This document shows, in pieces, positions 59,058-64,000 of a stretch of DNA of 64,000 nt. The DNA lies in the NCBI RefSeq assembly GCF_963921235.1, contig NC_086101.1, forward strand, positions 1,054,001 through 1,118,000, read 5' to 3'. How positions within the stretch are numbered: the stretch's first letter is position 1; every line of letters begins with the position of its first letter. The stretch comes from Mobula hypostoma (Eukaryota). Both the position numbers and the translations under genes were made by a program. The notes below the pieces were generated by a model that was not told where the DNA came from, ran no database searches, and worked only from the letters and a program-made list of their open reading frames with translations.

Positions 59058-62000
59058 GATTATAGCTGGGAGCTTAATGTCCCAGGATACACATTGTTTC
59101 AAAAGGACAGGCAGGTAGCCAGAAGGGTTGGTGGAGCTTGGTGGGTGAAAAATGAAATCAGATCATTAGAAAAAGGTGATATTGGGTCAGACGGTGATGA
59201 ATCATTGTGTATAGAGCTACGGAACTGCAAGGGTAAAAAGACCCTGATGGGAGTTGTATACAGATCCCAAAACAGTAGAAAGGATGTGGTCCACAAATTA
59301 CAATGGGAGATAGAGAAAGCATGCCAAGAGGGCAACGTTACAATAGTCATAAGGATTTTAATATGCACGTAGATTGGGAAAATCAGCTTGGTGCTGGATT
59401 CCAAGAGGGGGATTTTTAGGGTGCCTACGAGATGGCTTTTTAGAGCAGCTCCTGGCTGAGCCCACGAGGGGATCAGCTGTTCAGACCTCCAAACAGTAGT
59501 AAGAATGTGGGCTACAAATTACAGTGGCAGATATAAAATGCATGTTAAAAAGGGTAATGTTACAATAGTTTCATGGGGGACTTCAATGCACTGATAGATT
59601 AGAAAATCAGATTGGTGTCAGAATCCAGGAGGAGGAATTTGTAGAATGCCTATGAGATGGCTTTTTTAGAGCAGCTTGTGGTTAAACCCACTAGGGGATC
59701 AGCTATTCTGGATTGGATGTTATGCAGTGACAGAGGATGAGAGGTGACCGGATCGAGGTGTATAAGATGATGAGGGGCATTGATCGTGTGGATAGCCAGA
59801 GGCTTTTTCCCAGGGCTGAAATGGCTAGCATGAGAGGGCATAGTTTGGAAAGAGGTACCGAGGGGATGTCAGGGGTAAGTTTTTCACACAGAGTGTGGTG
59901 GCTGTGTGCAATGCACTGCCGGCAGCAGTGGTGAACGTGGATACAATAGGGTCTTTTAACAGTCTCTAGGATAGGTACATGGAGCTTAGTGAAATAGATG
60001 GCTATGCACGAGGGAAACTCTAGGCAGTCTCTAGAGTGGGTTACATGGTCGGCACAACACTGTGGTCAGGGGAGCCTGTATTCAGTCATGATTGAATGGC
60101 GGAGCAGACTCGATGGGCCAGATGACCTAATTCTGCTCCTATGCCTTATCGTCTTATGGTCTTATTTCTAATATGATAACCCTTTCATCTCCGGAATTAT
60201 TCCATGAACCTCCCCTGAACCCTCACCAATGACAGCACATATTTCCTTAGATGAGGAGACCAAAACTGTTCACAATACTCAATACGAGGCCTCACCAGTA
60301 CTTTAAAGCCTCAACATCCCATCCCTGCTCTTGTATTCTCAACCTCTTGAAATGAATGCTTTCATTGCATTTGCCCTCGGGCAGGATTCTCTAAAATTAA
60401 TCTGCAGGTTGTTGGTGGTGAGGAAGGCGAATATAATGGAAACTTAGAAAACCTGCAGCAAATACAGGCCCTTTGGCCCAAAAAGCTGTGCCGAACATGT
60501 CCTTACCACCTCTTAAAAGACCCTATCGTATTCGTCTCCACCACCATCGCCGGCAGCCCATTCCACACACTCACCACTCTCTGAGTGAAAAACATACCCC
60601 TGACATCTCCTCTGTACCTACTTCCAAACACCTTAAAACTGCGCCCTCTCGTGCTAGACATTTCAGCCCTGGGAAAAAGCCTCTGACTATCCACACGATC
60701 AATGCCCCTCATCACCTTGTACAACTCTATCAGGTCACCTCTCATCCTCCGTTGCTCCAAGGAGAAAAGGCTGAGTTCACTCAATCTGTTCTCATAAGGC
60801 ATGCTCCCCAATCCAGGCAACATCTTGGAAATCTCCTCTGCACTTTTTCTTTAGTTTCCACATCCTTCCTGTAGTGAGGCGATCAGAACTGAGCACAGTC
60901 CTCCAAGTGGGGTCTGACCAGGGTCCTATATAGCTGCAACATTACCTCTCAGCTCCTGAATTCAATCCCACGATTGATAAAGACCAATACACCGTATGCC
61001 TTCTTAACCACAGAGTCAACCTGCATAGCAGCTTTGAGTGTCCTATGGACTCCGACCCCAAGATCCCTCTGATCCTCCACACTGCCAAGAGTCTTACCAT
61101 TAATACTATATTCTGCCATCATATGTGACCTACCAAAATGAACCACTTCACACTTATCTGTGTTGAACTCCATCTGCCACTTCTCAGCACACTCTTGTAT
61201 CTTATCTCCAATTCCTCATCCAGGTCATTTATGAAAATCACAAAGAGTAAGAGTCCCAGAACAGATCCGTGAGGCATATCACTCGTCATCGACCTCCATG
61301 CAGAATATGACCCGTCCACAACCACTCTTTGCCTTCTGAGGGCAAGACAGTTCTGGATCCACAAAGCAATGTCCCCTTGGATCCCATGCCTCCTTACTTT
61401 CTCAATAAGCTTTGCATGGAGTACCTTATCAAATACTTTGCTGAAATCCATATGCACTACATCTACTGCTCTTCCTTCATCCATGTGTTTAGTCACATCC
61501 TCAAAAAATTCAATCAGGCTTGTAAGGCACGACCTGCCTTTGACAAAGCCATGCCGACTATCCCTAAATATTGTATCATTTTTTAATGCATGTATTACTA
61601 AATGACAATAAAAGAGGACTGCGTGTCTTCTTAACTAATTATATTATGCCTCTCCAAATGTTTATAAGCCCTGCCTCTCAGGATCTTCTAGATGGATGTT
61701 AGCATTCATTTTGAGAGGATTAGAGTATAAAAGCAGAGCTTGGATTACTGTGAGCAGATTTGGATCCCTTATCTGAGAATGTTGCTGAAACTGGAGAGGG
61801 TTGAAAGGAGGTTCACAAAAATGATACTAAGACTGAATGTCTTGTCGTATAAAGAGTGTTTGATGGTTCTGGGTCTGTATTCAGCTAAATTCAGAGGAAT
61901 GAGGGGTGAACTAATTGAAATCTATTGAATGGCTTTGATAGAGTGGATGTGAAGAGGATGTTTCCTGTGGTGGGAGAGTCTAAGGCCAGAGGACATGGTC

Positions 62001-64000
62001 TCAGAATAGAGGGGTGTCCTTTTAGGGGGGAGATGAGGAGGAATTTCTTTAGCCAGAAGGTGGTGAATCTGTGGAATTCATTGCCACAGGCAGCTGTGGA
62101 GCCCAAATCTTTATGTATATTTAAGGCAGAGGGTGATAGATTTTTGATTGGTTAGTGCATGAAGGGATATGGGAGAAGGAAGGAGACTGGGGCTATAAAA
62201 AATGGCTCAGCCATGATGAAATGGTGCAGCAGACTTGATGGGCCAAATGGCCTAATTCTGCTTCTGTACCTTATGGTCTTAATTCATTGACAACACAGGT
62301 GGATAGCAAAGATGAAAAATTCTGCAGATGCTGGAAATCCAAAGCAACACACACAAAATGCCGGAGGAACTCAGCAGGCCGGGCATGGTCTTAAAATTTC
62401 AGCACCACATTATGGGCCGAAGGGCCAGTACCTCCCTATTCTACACCCACCGTTCTCTGGGTGAAGAAGTTGCCCTTACTTCCAGTTTACAGTTTCCCCC
62501 TCTCATCTTAAATAAACCACTGCTGTCTAGTTTTTGATTCCTGAAATCTGGGGAAAAAGACTGTGCATTATCTTTATCTATCCCCTCATAAGACCATAAG
62601 ACATAGGGGCAGAATTAGGCCATTCAGCCCATCAAGACTGCTCCACCATTCCATCATGGCTGATCCCAGATCCCACTCACTCCCATACACCTGCCTTCTC
62701 GCCATATTCTTTGATGCCCTGATCGATCAGGAAACGATCGACTTCCACCTTAAACATACGCATGGACTTGGCCTCCACTGCAGTCTGTGGCAGAGCATTC
62801 CACAGTTTTACAACTCTCTGATTAAAAATTTCCTCCTTACCTCTGTTCTAAAGGGTTACCCCTCAATTTTGAGACTGTGCCCTTTAGTGCTGGATTCCCC
62901 ACCATGCAAAACATCCTCTCCACATCCACCCTATCTAGTCCTTTCAACATTCTGTAGGTTTCAATGAGATCCCCCCATGCATTCTTCTAAATTCCAGTGA
63001 GTACAGGCCCAAAGCTGCCAAACACTCCTCATGTATTTTAGTAGTAGAAATAAATGTGTGGACTATTTTATAAACGGGGAGAAAATCCAGGAATCTGAGA
63101 TGCAAAGGGACTTGGGAGTCCTCGTGCAGATCACCCTGAAGATTAATTGCAGGCTGAGTCTGTGATGAGGAAGGCAAATGCCATGTTAATATTCATTTCA
63201 GGAAGTTTAGAATACAAGAGCAGGGATGTGATGCTGAGGCTTTCTAAGTCACTGGTGAGGCCTCACCTTGAACATTGTGAACAGTTTTGGGCCCCTCATC
63301 TTAGAAAAAATGTGCTGACATTGGAGAGGGTCCAGAGGAGGTTCACAAGGATGATTCCAGCAATGAAAGGGTTATCATATTAGGAACATTTTGATGTCTC
63401 TGGGTCTGTACTCAGTGGAATTCAGAAAGATGAGGGGGGAATCTCATTGAAACCTTTCGAATGGTGAAAGGCCCAGACAGAGTAGATGTGGAAAGGATGT
63501 TTTCCATGGTGGAGGAGTCCAGGACAAGAGGGTACAGCCTCAGGATAGAGGGGCACCCTTTCAAAACAGAGATACCGAGAAATTTCTTCAGCCAGAGGGT
63601 GGTGAATTTTGGGAATTTGTTGCCACGTGCAGCTGTGGAGGCCAGGTCATTGGGTGCACTAAGGCAGAGATCGATAGGTTCGTGATTGGACATGCCATCA
63701 TAGGTTACAGGGAGAAGGCCGGGAACTGGGGTTGAGGAGGAGATAGAAGACAGGATCAGCCATGATTGAATGGTGGAGCAGACTTGATGGGCCAGATGGC
63801 CTAATTCTGCTCCCATGTGTTATGGTCTTATGGTCTTATGGTCTTATGGGCTTATAGGTTAACTCATTCATCCCTGGATCAGTGTCATGAATCTGCCCTG
63901 GACTCTCTCCAATGACAACACATCCTTTCAGAGATATGGGGCTCAAGATTGTTGACAATGCTCCAAGTGTGGCCTGACTAGTGTTTTATTATCTCCTTGT
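59058..64000. mobile_element. Patchwork of CR1 fragments on both strands (e.g. - 60440-61690, + 61690-62280, - 62588-63030, + 63030-63850)
   Basis: Repeated RT C-terminal motifs (RPHLE, QRVVNLWN) and (TCTTATGG)n tails at ~60150, ~62270, ~62590 and ~63820-63850. Confidence 0.85.

Overview
Eukaryotic (vertebrate) genomic DNA, almost entirely transposon-derived. The repeat complement (CR1-type LINEs with an esterase ORF1, Penelope elements, a V-SINE) and the receptor type suggest a cartilaginous fish, probably a ray; this is inferred, not proven. Host genes: one intact two-exon GPR139/GPR142-like class A GPCR (13699-13768 + 16138-17042, 324 aa, with TATA box and polyA signal) and a probable signal-peptide first exon of a second gene (58163-58208). 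The rest is nested mobile DNA: many CR1 LINE copies from several families, a Penelope-like element (RT + GIY-YIG) with a minimal hammerhead ribozyme, Gypsy remnants and solo LTRs, a full-length decayed Tc1, hAT elements, RTE-like and Rex/Babar fragments, SINEs and mini/microsatellites. The most unusual observation is at 4348-4440. There the 3' UTR of a putative Hero-like LINE fragment holds all hammerhead core motifs with complementary stems, but in a strand order that matches none of hammerhead types I, II or III, making it a candidate pseudoknotted hammerhead. Boundaries of old, degenerate repeats are approximate.
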